From assembly GCA_964016885.1 (NCBI GenBank), contig OZ024749.1, positions 41,354,001 through 41,418,000 on the forward strand: 64,000 bases of DNA, read 5' to 3'. This document shows positions 13,429 to 28,496 of this stretch, piece by piece. Within the stretch, counting starts at the first letter, position 1. The number at the start of each line of letters is the position of its first letter. Below the pieces are notes generated by a model. The model searched no databases. It was not told the DNA's origin and saw nothing but the letters and a program-made list of their open reading frames with translations. A program made the translations under genes and the position numbers. Origin of the DNA: Eledone cirrhosa. Taxonomy: Eukaryota.

Positions 13429-15199
13429 TCAGTAGATATTAAAGAGAATCTGTGGCACTGATATAATAGACGGTCTAACTGATGGTGGTGGTGGTGGTTA
13501 TATCTTCTGTAGATATTAGAAAGATTTTAAGCTGGCAAAACCAAATGTTCTTTTAATAATTCTACAACACTAATAGGTCAGAAATTGGTAATATTGATTT
13601 CAGGTCACTGAGTACTTTGTGGGTGTGTCTGTTATGCCACTCTATCATCTTCATTTAACTTTTGTTTTATGTGCTAGCTAGGGTTGTGCATGTGTGTGTG
13701 CAACATGGGGAGGGCAGAGGGTTCTGACACTCCACCATTAGATACAGTTTATCTGTCAGAGATGAGACGAATGAAACTCTGGAAGGGATATATATAAATA
13801 TATGATGATGATATATTATCTAGTGTTAAGCATAAATATAACCTTTCCACTGTTGGAGTGATCATTCACATTTGTCTGTGTACGGTTTAGCTTTAGCCTA
13901 CCTAATTATCTCACACACATATGTGTTTGTATGTATATATATATATTGTTTTTTACACCCATATGCTCTTCTTGGTACCAACCCTTTTTAGTCATCTCTT
14001 ATGACACACCTTGATATGGGTTAACTATTTTAAAAACTGGGATAGACAGATATTTATATATATATATATATATATACATACACAGATGCAGTCATATTCT
14101 GATATACAAGTTATTGGTGGGTTCTGTTTGTTTTTTTTAATTTTATTTTCTGTCTGTTTAACTGTTGATACCAACCTGGTCCAAACCAGTTCTAATTCTA
14201 TGAAATAAAACCACACATTTTAAAGGGTTCCAATTTAAATTAAAATCTTCCACCCTAATTTTATATAACAGCTATATGTTAAATTACTAACTTTGTAAAG
14301 AAATAATGAATAATTTTAGTAAATCCTTCAAAATTCTTCATTAATTAATTGAAATCGAAATAGGGCTAATTAGTCATTAAGATGCTGTTGAAAGTTATGG
14401 GCTTAACCTATGTATTGAGGAGTTAAGAAGTTAAAACAACTCACAACTTTCACTAGAATTGTTCCCGAGGTCTTCTTAAATTAGAAATATGCACACACAC
14501 ACATGCTCTCTCTTTCTCTCTCTCCCACACAAACATACACTATCTTTCTCTCATTCACTCCCACAGAAACATTCTCTCTCTCACATACACACACACAGCT
14601 ACACACTTTCTCTTGGTCTTTGTGAATGAGTATAGTTAGAGACATTGTGCACCAAATCTGCACTTTAGTAGTGTGTGTATCAAACTGATTATCTCTTTCT
14701 GTCTCTGGTGCACACACATACACTGGCATGGTTAAGAGCATGTAAACACACACATCTTGTAGTGAGCATACCCTCACACAGAAACATTATTTTGTAGTGC
14801 ACTTACTCATACACTCTGGTGTAGTGACAACATACACACATACACGTTTATTTGAGTCTATGAACTGCAGCAGGTCTGCATGTCAAGTGCATTGTCTGGC
14901 TATTTTTAGTCAGACAATATTCTCTTTCTCTCTCTCTCTCTAACATACAGATAGATAGATAGATATATATACATGCACACATATATAGATATATACACAG
15001 TTTGTCTTGAGTCATAACAACTGCAATTGGACACATGTCACTGTAATGACATTCTGGGATGACTAACAACAAAACAACAACAATAATTACTATGATTTCA
15101 TACGTTGACACAAGGTCAGAAATCTGTACAATAGGGGTTAGTTTTTAGTTAGTTTTTCTTTACCCCAGTACTTAACAGGTATTTTATTCTATGAAATAA

Positions 15200-15420
15200 T
15201 GTTTTCTAATTGAAGCACAAGGCCATCAATCCAGGGTGAGGGGAAAGTCGACTATCGACCCTAGTATTTGACTATTACTTTATTTTATCGACCCCCCCCC
15301 CCCCCCCCCCCCCGGGCTGAAAGGTAAAGTTGACCTCGGCAGGATTTGAACTCAGAATATAAAAAGCCCAAACAAATACTGCTAAGTAGTTGTCCGGTGC
15401 TCTAACGATTCTACCAGTCA
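15200..15420 (-). mobile_element. SINE family A
   Basis: Reverse-complement match to the copy at 12506, with an expanded poly-C. Confidence 0.75.
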
Positions 15421-15800
15421 ATGACATATCTATGATTTCATACATTAACACGGGATCAGAAATCCGTAGAAGGGGTTAACTGATCTCTTTCTCCCTATTA
15501 CATAACATGTACGTATCCTCTGAAATCTCACACACATGGTTGAAAGGCTCTCCCATCAGCGGGGTTTGTAGTCAGAATATAGAGACAAAGCAAAAAGCAG
15601 GAAAAAAAAAACCTTGTTTATTTTGTCACACAACCTTTATTGTTATGAGTTCGAATCCTGACGAGATCAACTTTACCTTTCATCCAACCCGATGTCATTA
15701 AAATATCGTACGAGTCATGTATTGTGGTAGTCTAGTCGAACCCCACCTCAAGTATTGCTGACCTTGTGTCTTAATTAGAAAGCATTATTATAGAAATGGT

Positions 15801-15985
15801 AGGGCGGTGGATTGGCAGTATCGGTAGAGGGTCGGACGCCATGCTTTCCAGCATAGTTACGTCCCTTTACGATCTGAGTTCAAATCCCGCCGAGGTTGAC
15901 TTTGCCTTTCATCCTTAAGGGTCGATAAAATAAAGTACCAGTAATGTACTGGATAATTGCTGGCCTTGTGCCTAAAGTAGAAACA
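15801..15985 (+). mobile_element. SINE family A, young copy with TSD
   Basis: A and B boxes; 17-bp TSD attattatagaaatggt (15784-15800 and 15986-16002). Confidence 0.9.
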
Positions 15986-17054
15986 ATTATTATAGAAATG
16001 GTGAAATCGGAAGAGTTTGAGCCAATCCACAAGCATGCGCGCATGCACACACACACACATATATATATATGCATACATACACGTATATGACACACGCACA
16101 CCTATTTTTGTATAGATGTATGTGGTTCATTAGATGGTCTTTCGATTCTGACGTCATTACACTGTCTATCCTTATACGTAACTACCCCCTCTCTCTCACA
16201 CCTTCGCTCTTTACACGGTTATAATTTGTATGTCTACTGAAGTATAAGATATATACACATATACAATTATAATTTCTATTGTACATATACATCTATATAA
16301 ACAGGAGTGTAAGATAATGTACACACTCACACACCTAGATATGTTCGTTGTTCGTGCAGACTGAGCTCAACTATATTTCCGTTCTTGTTGGTAATGATCA
16401 TTAACTAGCAAACGAGCTGAAAATTTCTTCCGGTCTATCAGTATCAATATGTATGTGTGTGTGTATTTATGTATGCCATCACCAACAAGGAATGGCGAAT
16501 GCATACATACATGTTTATGTATGCCATCAAAGAATGACGGTGTGTGTATGTGTATATATATATATATATGAATATCATCACCGATCGAAGGAACAGTTGT
16601 ATGGATATATACATACGTGTTTATGTATGTATTCCATCAGTCGAAGGAACGACGGTGTATATACACAAAAAATAGATGTGTCATCACCACTGGAAGGAAC
16701 GAGGGTGTATATATTTAGTATGTATACATATCTATATACACACACGCGTGCCTAGTTTGCTCATCAAACCCACGAGGTAACCGCAACCCCTACACGGTCG
16801 TTCGACATGCTGGAAATAGCAACCAACTCTGCTTCAAGTCAGACTTTTTTTTAAGGAAGGACGTTATATATTTAAGCAGTCTTAGATATATCAATGGATG
16901 GGATGGTCATGGTTGGACCAGGTTGTGTCTAAAAAACATCCACCTACGAAATCGTATATATTTATTACTTGACGTAGCCAGTTGTAGCCGAAACTTCGAA
17001 GTCACTGTCGACTTTTTTTTTTAATAAGATGTGTTCATGCAGTAAATTTTTAGA

Positions 17055-17088
<34 letters not shown>

Positions 17089-20000
17089 TGTGACAGTGTG
17101 TATAGACTCACGTATACGCGATATTTAGGTTTAAAAACGTGGTGACGAAAGTTTGCCACGGTGTGTGTCTGTGTTTTCACAACGATCGACGCCTCAAAGT
17201 TACTCGGTCAGTTTCCACAACTAAAACACCAAACAGAATTAGTCATTATCACAGGAACTGTGTTAATGAACCTAAGAGCATCATTCCAGGCACTCAGCAA
17301 ATAATATATATATATATAATGTACGTATATATAGGCGCAGTAATGTATGTAAGAAGTTGGGCATGTCGTGGTGGGTGGGGGAGATTTGTTAGACGGAATC
17401 TGTATGAAAGCCCGTCATACATATGCGTCCCTGTGTTTACGTTTGTCTCTGGTTATGTCTCGTAACATAAGTGGATCGGCAAATAGAAGTTGTATAGTTT
17501 CACGCTTGTTGTAAAAAGAATGCCTCTGGAAAAGTAAAGTTAGGAGAAAGCAGAGGTCTTGTCTGATTATACTGTGAGTACACAGGTGAGAATCCAAAGT
17601 ATATAGATATATATAGTGACGTTTCCCTCCATTCGTAATTGTCACTTTTGTCTTTCCCTACCTGGTTATCACGTATTTCTAAACAACCAGTCCTGTAAAG
17701 TGAAAGAAACTCACTGGCAAGAAAAGTCACGCTTTTGGCTTCCCAAAAAAGTGTTAAAACATGAATTTAAGTGTATAAGTTTCCGCTGTTTTAAATAAAT
17801 TACTTATAATATATATATATATATGTGACATTTGGGGGGGGGGGGGGATTCGCCGAATTTCCCTCAAAATCTTTAGGAAAGGGATGAACGCCACAATTTG
17901 ACGAGAAAATATTTGAAAACATCATGCCGCATATTTATTACAATGTCAGTCTTTTTTAATGACACATTAGCTAATCCTAAATTGATAGGATGGTCATGTC
18001 AATAATGTAATTTCAATTATAGATCTGCTGGTCGAGGATTTCGTTTTACTTAGGAGCTAAACAGCTCGAGGCAGTTAAAATTCTTTCATCGTAAAATATA
18101 AATCAAATGAAATATTTTTAATATTTGAAAAGGTAAATTTATTCAATACACGAGTCACATAGAATATATTATAAATATATTTATTTAATCAATTTAAACG
18201 TCCGTATAGAGCTAGTAAGTGTCGTGACCGACTGGGGGGGGGGGGGGGGGCTCTAGTACCTTAAGAATAAAAAACAAAACGGGAGTGCATAAAAGAAGCA
18301 TGGATAAGATTTTTAGAATAGTGAAAAACAAGGGTAGCTATAAAGTAAAATTTTCGATTCCATTATTTTATTAATTCTTCCATCCATTTATTCTGCGAGA
18401 TGGCTTGGATCTACGCAGTTAAATTATCCTATCTGCCATTTAAGTTCTCTCATCATCCTACTAAACACTGGAGCTGGATCTCTAGTGGAGGGTGAGTTGC
18501 TTGTTGGCAAAGTCATTAGAGCGTCTGACAAAATGCCACGATTGTTTACGGCTCTTAACATTTCAAGTTCAAATCTAGCCGAAGTCGATTTTTAAAAAAC
18601 TTTCTTAAACACCCCCTATTTCTTTTTTAGGTGGGATTCCTAAAATGTCGACTGAATCAGGGCTGCTGCCCGCCCGCTCCCTCTAAAATATGATCGACTT
18701 AATTTGACTGAAACCAATAAAAGAGTAAATTTGTGTTTTTATTAAGACATTAGATAATGTGTTAGATAACTATGATGATAGGTTTCGGCCAGTATTGGCA
18801 TAACCTGATAACACTATCTGAATTTAAAAGGAAACAAAAAAAAGGCAGTGTGATCATAGTTGGAGCGCTTTGGACAGCAGGTCTTCAGAGAAGAACCCCC
18901 ACTCCCCTCTCAAGCAAGTATCTCGGCCCTTACTTAAATTTAGTGTGTGTGTGTGTGTATATATATATGCTGCCATAAATAGACGGTTTGGAACACCGGT
19001 TTAACACGATACAAAAAGAAAATATTCTCACAACCTTTACTATCGCTACCAACATCATCATCGTAGTGGTGTTTTTTTTATGAATGTACGTGTTTAGAAA
19101 CGACGAACGAAATTTGAAATCTGAAAAAAGAAACTTTATATAATGGGGTTTATTATTTAGACTCTTTTTCTATAGTAAAAAAATCGATGAAGCTTCCAAC
19201 TTTCACGTAAATTATATATATATATAATATATATTAGAATTGGTGCTCTGAAATAACAATGTTTGTTGAAAAAAGAAGTAAGTGACATAGTCACTACTTT
19301 AAAACAACAGCGTAAGGTCTTCAAAATACTTTTAATTAAGCATACAGTGTTTTACCAAATACACTATATATACATTCATATATATATCTAAACGAAAATA
19401 GAGAAAATATATATATATCGTCTAGACAATGGTTCCCGTTTTTATTCAATAAAATTTATTAATAAACTGTCTTACTAAGAAAAAAATATTTAAGCAGCTT
19501 CATCTACTGTCAATGTCTGCCATGCTAGATACAGATGTATCTTTGAAGGAAACTGATGTTTAAACTTTCAAACTCCCTTACACACACTCTCGTTTTCGTA
19601 CTCTGATACACTAAATTCCTTTATGCACACACTCTATCTCTCTTTACACTAAATTCTTTTATCTAGACACATTCTATCAACGAAATATAGTTAACATCTC
19701 GCAGTTTAAGGGTTAGTACGCCTCGTGGTCCCTTATATATAATATACACTCACTCTGATACACTAAATTCCCTTACACACACACATATTTAACATCCTTA
19801 CCTACACAACTCCCTGCAGTCTTTCTATTTTTCTCGCTCGCTTTACGTTCAGAAACTTTTAAAACTTCTAAAACAATGTTTGTCTCCCATTGTATTCATT
19901 TATTAGTTTAATAAAATATACTGTTTTTATACTAAAAATACTATCTATGCGTGCGTGTATGCTATATATATATATGTGTGCGTGTGCATATATATACATT

Positions 20001-20269
20001 TATACGGGAGGGGGGTATTAAGTAATTTTGTTGTAGACTATGCAGAGTGTATTTTACGATATTATGGAGGGGAGGGGGAAATTCAAATTACTGAGATTTA
20101 TCCTTGAGTTCATTGTATTATACTCTCATTCTATCTATATCTCTCCTCTCTTTCTCTCAATAAGACTCTTTCTCTTTGTATGTCTTACTATCTATCTCTG
20201 TCTGTCTTTCCTCCTCTCTTTGTATATCTCTATCACTTTAAAAACTGTCACCTTTTGACATCACGTGAA

Positions 20270-20480
20270 GCTAATAAGAGCGACTCCACATAGTGACTCA
20301 ACCTGCTAGAAATATCAGCCAAATTCCTTCAACTCGCACTCTCTACTGACTTTAAAAAACAATACATGAAACAATGCAGTCCTAGAATCCCTAAAGAGAC
20401 AGGATGGTCTTATCTGGAAAACCTTTTATCTTATTAGTTGTGTTCAACCAGGTCTTGACCTAGGGTTAAACAAGATAAAG
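20270..20480 (+). mobile_element. Dispersed repeat family C (SINE-like)
   Basis: CTGCTAGAAATAGCAGCCAAA...GGATGGTCA..GCTGGAA...GGGTTAAACAA motifs also at about 11020, 16800, 25700, 26445, 26690 and 32370-32490 (-). Confidence 0.6.
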
Positions 20481-20714
20481 TTAAAAAGTACACACACAGA
20501 CAGTTCTTTATATATATAATTTGGTAAAAGTATGTCGCAGCACAAAACAAACGACAAGATGGAGTAGCAGATTAAGACCAGAAAGAAGAGGAGACACATC
20601 TAGTAATAAAGATAAAGTGCAAATCATATGATGAGTGTGTTTCTTTTTATTGACAATACTGGCAACATGACCATTCCTAAATATAGCAAAGAATCTTGCA
20701 AAACAAATACATAA

Positions 20715-20749
<35 letters not shown>

Positions 20750-20925
20750 CACACGTGTGTGTGTGTGCATGCAGTTTGTGCCACAACAGTATATAACGTA
20801 ATCTACAGAAGTTGTAAAACCATTCAGCCTTTTGGGTTACCGATTGACCAAGGATACTGATTAGCATTGAGTTTATATCTTTACCAGGACATATTTGGTG
20901 AACTCCAATATAACGTATACTATAT

Positions 20926-21450
20926 ATATTGTTATACTTTGGGAGGGTCATGTTGCCAATAAGAAACACACGCACCAGTTGCTTTCACTTCAATTTATTA
21001 TAATAAATTTATAACTTTCCGGTTGGTTCCACAACCAGATGGTTGTTTATATATTGTCAAAGCTCTTTCGTCACACATTATGTGACCTCTTCAGTGACTG
21101 GGGTTTCTTTTCTTTGTTTTTTGTGCCTCTCCTTTGTTCTGTCTTACGCCATCTTGTTTTTGTGTGTGTGTTGTGTGCTTAGTTTGCGCATGTGTTACAT
21201 CTGGGTGTCTGTGTGTGTTTATATTCGTTTATTTATTTGTTTATTTACATGTTACTGGTTGGTTGTTCTATGTGCGTGTGTGTTTTCATTTTGTCCTTAA
21301 TTGTAAGTTGTGATGTTGCTGTTCCACTCATGTTTTCTATTTAATTTATAATTTCCTAAATTTATAAATTTATTATAATAAATTGAAGTGAAAGCAACTG
21401 GTGCGTGTGTTTCTTATTGGCAACATGACCCTCCCAAAGTATAACAATAT
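20926..21450. repeat. 89-bp inverted repeat (20926-21014 / 21362-21450) with a 347-bp spacer
   Basis: The arms read as exact reverse complements; a diverged third copy lies at about 20630-20715. Confidence 0.85.
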
Positions 21451-22789
21451 CGGTTTCAACACACGTTTTCAGATAAAGAATCTTGCTAAACAAATTCAGA
21501 AACGATATATATATATAATGTATTGCATAGAATAACAGGGCGTATAATCCCACTGGATGGGAAAAGATGTGTATCAGCATAATTTTCCATTCAGTGGGCT
21601 TATACACCCCGTTATTATTAGACTATTCTATTTAGTCAAAGTTACGGCGAAGTCTTCTAATTCAATTTTCAAATTCCGTTCTGGAAGAAGAATCGACCCT
21701 AGAACTGGATTGATATTTCATTTATTGACACCGACATGATTTGAACTCAGAGTGCAGAGAATTGCTACGAATACCGTAGAGCATTCTATATATATTACAG
21801 ACCTGCCCTCCTCTAAAAACCAAAGTGGGGAGATTTTACATAATAAAAGTTATACCCATTTTCACAGGAGATATCCGCGTCGGGCGGGGAAAGTTAACAG
21901 GTCTGATATTATTATAGCCATGAAGCTACACTAATGCCAACAACATACAAAAACAACTTTGTGAAAGACGTTCAGCTGACAAGGAGAGTTCAGAGAAGAA
22001 AGTGTTACCAATTAAAACCATTACAACAGATTTCTTGGTGAAACCAGCATATCAGAATGAAATGACACATAAAATGTAATTCTCATTTCAACTGGTAATA
22101 GGTTCAGGCCAGATGTTAAATATAGGCAGTTGTTTGAAACGACTCGTGAAATGTTTAAATAATCAATGTTACCATTATGAGTTACATGTATGAATATACA
22201 TATAAGCTGTACACGATGTACTTATAAGGAACAGAACAATATGAGAACTTATGTATATAATGTTCTCTTACTGAACAAGATGATATATATATATTATTCA
22301 AAATATTAATAAATGAAAAATATTCTCATAACCAAAATATATATTTTATTATACATATATTATAGTTTAGATTTCAAAGGTACAATGGTGTTTCAGTGCG
22401 TATGCGACATTCCGCTAAGGTTTTGATTATTCAATTCCTATATAATCAAAATTTACATTGAAAAAAAAAAAATCGTCTACACATGCACACGTATACATTA
22501 CAAACTGACATTGCCGTATTGAAGTATGAAATTAGAAAAACAGACGTTTTGGACCTGAACAGCTTTCACAGTTCAGTTGTGTGGTAGGTAAATGGTTATT
22601 ATGTTTGTGCGAGTGTATATTGTTGTTATTGGACCTCCGTCGGATGTGACAACGAATGTTCCAGTTTATTCTATCACGGAACAGCCTGCTCTGGTTGAGC
22701 TTTCCGCAGACGTGTATACCTAAAGCAACGTAACTCACTTTTGGCAGTTGAGTTGACTGGAGTAACGAGAAATAAAGTGACATTATTAC

Positions 22790-23225
22790 AGGATTGGCAG
22801 TATCGGTAAAGGGTCGGACGCCATCCTTTGTAGCATAGAGTTACGCCCATTTATGGTCTGAGTTCAAATCCCGCCGAGGTTAGCTTTGCCTTCCATCCTT
22901 ATGGGGTCGATAAAATAAAGTACCAGTAATGCGTTGGTGTCGATTTAATCGACTTTCTCTCCCCCAAAATTGTTGGTCTTGTGTCAAAATTAGAAACAAT
23001 TACTATTATAATAGATTGGGCGATGCATTAGCAATGTCGGTAGAGCGTCGGACAACATGCTTGGTGGCATAGTTACAGCCCTTCACGTTCGGAGTTCAGC
23101 TTTGTCTTTCATCTTCACGGGGTCGATAAAATGAAATACCAGTAACATACTGGGATCGATTTATCCGACCCCCCCCCCAAAAAAAAAAATGTGCTGGCCT
23201 TGTGCCAAATATAGAAACCATTATT
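22790..23225 (+). mobile_element. Two tandem SINE family A copies (22790-23005 and 23015-23225)
   Basis: A and B boxes, central domain, and TGCTGGCCTTGTGCCAAA..AGAAAC(ATT)n-like tail. Confidence 0.85.
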
Positions 23226-23539
23226 AATATATCATTGATTTGTGTTCGAGCTAAATTGAAGACCAGTTTATATTTGTATTTAATTATTCTGTTCTATTTC
23301 ACGGGAGGTCAGTGTATATAGTAGGCAAATCTATAATGGACATGTGTGTGCATTCTTTTTAATCATTACTTTCTAACTAATCCAAATGGGAAAGTATTGA
23401 CAAGATTTGAAGCGTGTGGAACGAAACTTTAATAATTTGGAAAGGTAAAAAAAAATTATTTAATCGATTCTGTTTCCCTAAGAGACGAGTTTCTCGTACG
23501 TGGAGTTAGCGTAGCCACGCTAAACCATCACCAGTTGTA

Positions 23540-24125
23540 AATGGAAAGACCATCGCGAAAGTGAAAATTATGTGTATCTCAGAAAGAAGATTTCAATAGA
23601 TGGTTCCCTACTTCCGGAGGTCAAAAGAAGTATTGTACTTGGCTGGGCGGCTTTTGGAAAAATTTATAACATCATAAGAAGTCCTATGTCAACAATCGAA
23701 ACCAAAAGAAAGCTGTTTAACGAATATGCTCTGTTGGTGATGACAAGGGCATTCAACACCACCACTGCAGAGACTCTTGCAGTGGCTCAACATAAAATGG
23801 AGCGGATCACGCTCGACATCACATTACGTGACAGGGAGAGCAACATCTGGATTCGATAGTAGACAGGATTGAAGGACATAATTTAGACCATCAAGAAGGT
23901 CAAACATAGATGGGCTGGCCACCTCTCTTGTTGCAGAGACAACAGGTGAACTATTAGAGTGACAGAGTGGACACCAGAGGGCGGCCAAAGCTCAAATGGC
24001 GCGATGATCACACCCGATACCTCGGCCCCACATGGCCCAATATACTCAGAGATAGGAAGTGATGGAGATCAACCAGTGAGGGGTTCCTCAAACAGGAGTG
24101 AGAAGGCCCTGGAGTTTGATTTTGG
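23540..24125 (+). mobile_element. Decayed RTE-clade LINE 3' fragment
   Basis: GWAAFGK...LFNEYALLVM...LAVAQHKMERITLDITLRDRESNIWIR...KHRWAGHL is typical of the RTE ORF C-terminus; in-frame stops present. Confidence 0.8.
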
Positions 24126-24135
24126 ATGCTATGAA

Positions 24136-24169
<34 letters not shown>

Positions 24170-24252
24170 CTGTAACATGTACCTTTTCTTACGAAATTTT
24201 AAAACCTGGTAGAGCTCATCCCCTCTCTCGGTCTGAACACAGCCAATTTCTT

Positions 24253-24291
<39 letters not shown>

Positions 24292-25118
24292 CAAAAGAAG
24301 AATCGATCTCTGTAGTGGAGTCGTACATTTTTTATCGGCCTCAAAAGGATAAAAGGCAAAGGTGACCTCGGCGTGGAAAGTCGAAATAAATACCGCAAGG
24401 TATTCTATCCAAGGTTCTAACGACTCTGCCAATTCACCGCCCCATGAACATCACACAACCGCATATAGTTACCCCACTACTCACCCCTTTCATTGTGTGG
24501 TCGTATACATCCTAACAAATTGTTATATCCGTTTAAACTATAGATATATATTTTTTCATTTTTCTGGCCTCAGTCATTAAACTGTGGCCGTGCTAGGAAA
24601 CTTGCCTTAAAAAGATTTTAATCGTACTTATTTATATATTTTCCAAGTCTGGTACTTATTTTATCGACTTATCGAAACACTAAGTTATGAGACATGGGCA
24701 AACACTCATATATATTTTCTTTAACGCCCATTTTACCAGGTGTATGTGTGTATATATATATAGAGAGAGAGAGAGATAGCTAGATGTGTGTGTGTGTGTC
24801 CCTTTTTGTGACAGCCTGGTGTAATTTGAAGTTCGGCTGCTATTTCTTACATGTCTTTGTCTGCACGTAGTAATGGTGGTGGCAGTGTTGATTACACTGT
24901 CCATAAAATGTAGTTGTGTTAAGAAAAACTATGTGATCTTTATTTATTTATGAGAACGTAGATTGCATATATATATATATAAATTCGAACGGTTAAGATT
25001 TCATAATATAATTATTTATATTTATATATAAACAGTCAGACTGGAGGAAGTAAATATATGGTTGGTGGATCGGTTGTCGGTTGAATGGCTTTGATCTTTT
25101 TTCTTATCACCTTGCCAG

Positions 25119-25289
25119 TTATTTGTTGCTGTCTTTTTTTGTTTGTTTTTTGTATTTCCCGCTTAACACAGTTAAGTGAGCGGGAGATTTGAAAGTAACC
25201 ACAGTACAACGCCCTGATATTATCTTCACTGCCACTAGTACTACTACTACAACGTGGGAAGGGATTCTTAGTGGTCGTTCGATTACACC
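25119..25289 (-). CDS. Possible terminal exon of the minus-strand gene
   Basis: Acceptor gtgtgcag|25289; phase-0 reading GVIERPLRIPSHVVVVVLVAVKIISG...DSNK*. An alternative frame is also open, so the call is uncertain. Confidence 0.3.
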   Translation of the reverse strand, partial: GVIERPLRIPSHVVVVVLVAVKIISGRCTVVTFKSPAHLTVLSGKYKKQTKKDSNK

Positions 25290-27017
25290 CTGCACACACA
25301 CATACAGTTATAGAGAAAGGCACGTTGGACAATGTTCTTGTTTTTCTTGCTTATATGGAAAAAGAAGACTGGATGATTATGGCTGGAATGCCTTTGATTA
25401 TTAGGCCTGACCTGGACCTATACCCACCACAACAAACATTAGTAATAAGCGACCTTCCGGATTAACACGGCTAGAATACTTTTGGTTAAGACTGATCTGG
25501 TGCTAAATAAAAGTACTTAACGAGCTTCAACGATAGTTTTCTTTTGTATTTTGTATATTAGTCAATGCGATGCCTCTCTCAATATAGACATGTTTAGTGG
25601 TAAAAATACATTATGTAAAATTTAGGAAAAATAAAATGCTCCTTCACCCCCTTATTCCTGGAAGGGATCATTTAAAACCACTGCTCTGGTCGCTCAAACC
25701 TGCTAGAAATAGCAGCCAATATCACACCCGATCATTAAAAAAAAAAAAGACGGACACATTGAGTGTGTAATTGGGATTACAGAAAAAGATAGATGGTCAC
25801 GGTTAGAATTTCTTTGATAGGTTTACTAAATCAAGGCCGACTTATCTACTTGGTTGCTTTATATATTTTAAATCATCGATATTTTGAAACTAGCCGTTGT
25901 TGATCCTCTTATCTCAGAATCAAGTTTGATGTTGAGAATTTCAATTTATAGCCATTGAAAGAGTAGGATTAAGATTAATTCGGCAAGAGAAAATTGGTTT
26001 CTTGCGTTTCTCTCATTCTTTTTACTGATCTCAGTCATTAGACTGCGGTCATGCTGGGGCACCGCTTTAAATCGAACCCATTAATTAACTTTTGGTCAAA
26101 ACTGGTGTTTATGGGACATAAATACACGACAGGCTTCTGTAGTTCCAGCCCCTCTACCAAAACCGATCTACAAAACATTGGTTTACCTGGAGCGACATTA
26201 GAAGACGCTCTAGATGTGTTGCGGACACCTTAACTACACAGCCATACCTGTTGTCAACTTTTACAGTGCTATTTTTTTCTGAAAGAATTTGTCCAAGTTA
26301 TATCCTATATATTTAGTAAGAGCTTTGAAAATTTCAGAAGAGATTTCACTGTTCAGATTTGAAGATTAAATTGTGAAATAAACGTTTTTAAAATCAAAGA
26401 ATAGAAGTCGGGTGGGGACACAACCACAAGTCAATCAACAAGTTAGAAATAGCAGCCAAACTTCCATCGTATCAAAATTCTTTTTGTCATCTTAAAAAAG
26501 AGGAAAGACATTATATAATGTAATTCCTAATATACAAAAAGTCAGGATGGTCACAGCTGGAATGCTTTTTTTGAAAAGCCTGTCCGATCGCGTTGACCTA
26601 GGGTTAAACAACAACGCAATCACCGTTTATCAATCTCTCACTACTACAGATATAACACAGAATAGTGGAGCTCTTATATGGTCTTCGACCTGCTAGAAAT
26701 AGCAGCTAAATATCCCTTAAATTGCACTTGTCTTATGAATGTAAAATGTACTCTTAGAAACATACTACTCGACAGGAAGACGGGATAGTCATGACTGGAA
26801 CACCTTTGATCATAATGTCTCTTCAGTTATGGAAACTACCGTATAAAATCATCTAATGTCTATAAAAACCATCTTACACCAGCTCCTCCACTATAAAACC
26901 GTCAAACACTATCACCGCCGCCACCAACATTATAATCCTACTATTACAATCACCACCAACACTCTAAACCTTCAACCGTTCCTACCTCAAGCCCTATCAT
27001 AACAACCTTCACCTTAC

Positions 27018-27084
27018 AGTTGGCCGTTGCCAGATCTGTCCTTTGTTCGTCTCTTCAACTTTGGCGCCAATATTCAAACGTCTC
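27018..27084 (-). CDS. Internal exon, uncharacterised minus-strand gene
   Basis: ttgttgtgaaag| ... |gtaagg; phase 2 to 0; (Q)RRLNIGAKVEETNKGQIWQRPT. Confidence 0.6.
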
Positions 27085-28378
27085 CTTTCACAACAAAACA
27101 AATCTTGTTTATTTATTTATTGCTATAAGATTTTCTTATCCTATTTATCAAATTTCCTTTTCTTTCTCATTAACCTATCAAATTATGTCATACAAATATT
27201 CTACACCAGCTTGAGAACGTTTTTGAATTCTTTTTATTTATTTTCAAACTTAGTGTATATTTTTAAATAAAATAAGACGAGATAAGACACGAGATACTTG
27301 TAAATAAACACTCAATAACTAAGACAATTACTACTAATTAGTTATATATTATTTATTGTTCTTGCTATGTGCTGTTACTTATGTTGGTATTATATTAAAA
27401 TAAACCTTACTAACATTGTGGCACGAAGCCAGCAATTTGGAGGAAGCGGAAAGTTGATTATCTCCATTCCAGTACTCTATTTTATCGACCTAATAATAAT
27501 TTTTAAAGGATTCCTTTTCATTTCTGTAACGTATGCCTACCACAACACGCGGACTAAGTACCTTACATAGAATTTAAATTCATTCTCTACATTCCTAAGT
27601 TCAAATCCTATCAACATTAGATGTTTTCAAACTTTTGTCACTCCGATGGGGTTACGGTTGAAATAGAGTACTAATTACTATAATCCCCAATTTAAACAAC
27701 TGTACTATACGAAAGCCGCACGAAATACTTTTAAGAAGGGCATGAATGGCACAAATTCACATTGCTTCTTTTTAACCACGGATATTAGGCAAGTCCAATT
27801 CCTATATTTTAAACGGTGAACAGAAATAAAATTACAGAAAAAATCACACAAATAAATTAGTCTTTTTGATGATATTGGAATAAAATGTGACTTCTTTTCC
27901 TGGTTTCGTTTTCTCTTTACTAAAGATAATTAAGGCCGTTATAAATTTAAATTAAATAAACCAGAAAAAGTACTTTTAGGGATTGCGGGTGTGTAGTAAT
28001 TTAGCTTCGTCAAGTCACCCGATGTAGAACAGGGTCTGACAGTCTCTTCAATTACAGACACACATACACACGCACACTATCTATCTATCTATTTATCTCT
28101 ATTTGCTGTACCTATTTCTTATTTGTCGGTAATCTGACAGCCTTTCTATTCAAAATTTATAGATAAGTTACCCTTCCTCTATAACCGTTTTATTTATCTT
28201 TTTTTTTTGTACGTTTTTTTTTATAACCGCCGACTTCCCTTTCTCGAAAGATACGATCGTGATACTTTTTTCACCACCACAACCACCAACAACAACGTTA
28301 CTAATTCGTTGTACCTTATCCCATATATCTTACCACACATTGTTTACAATTACATGCATACATACAATATATAAACAT

Positions 28379-28419
<41 letters not shown>

Positions 28420-28428
28420 AGCGAGTAC

Positions 28429-28496
28429 TGCATGATGTTTCCTTGTTGGTTGAAACGGTTGGCGTCATCTTTCATACAGCGTATTGTCTTCATTTT
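28429..28496 (-). CDS. Internal exon, uncharacterised minus-strand gene
   Basis: ctaat..tttgccag| ... |gtactc (weak donor); phase 0 to 2; KMKTIRCMKDDANRFNQQGNIM(Q). Phases match both neighbours. Confidence 0.55.

Noticed and set aside
17640-22080. Scattered + strand acceptor/donor-like sites (17690, 18631, 21868)
   Set aside because: Could not assemble a phase-consistent, stop-free chain.
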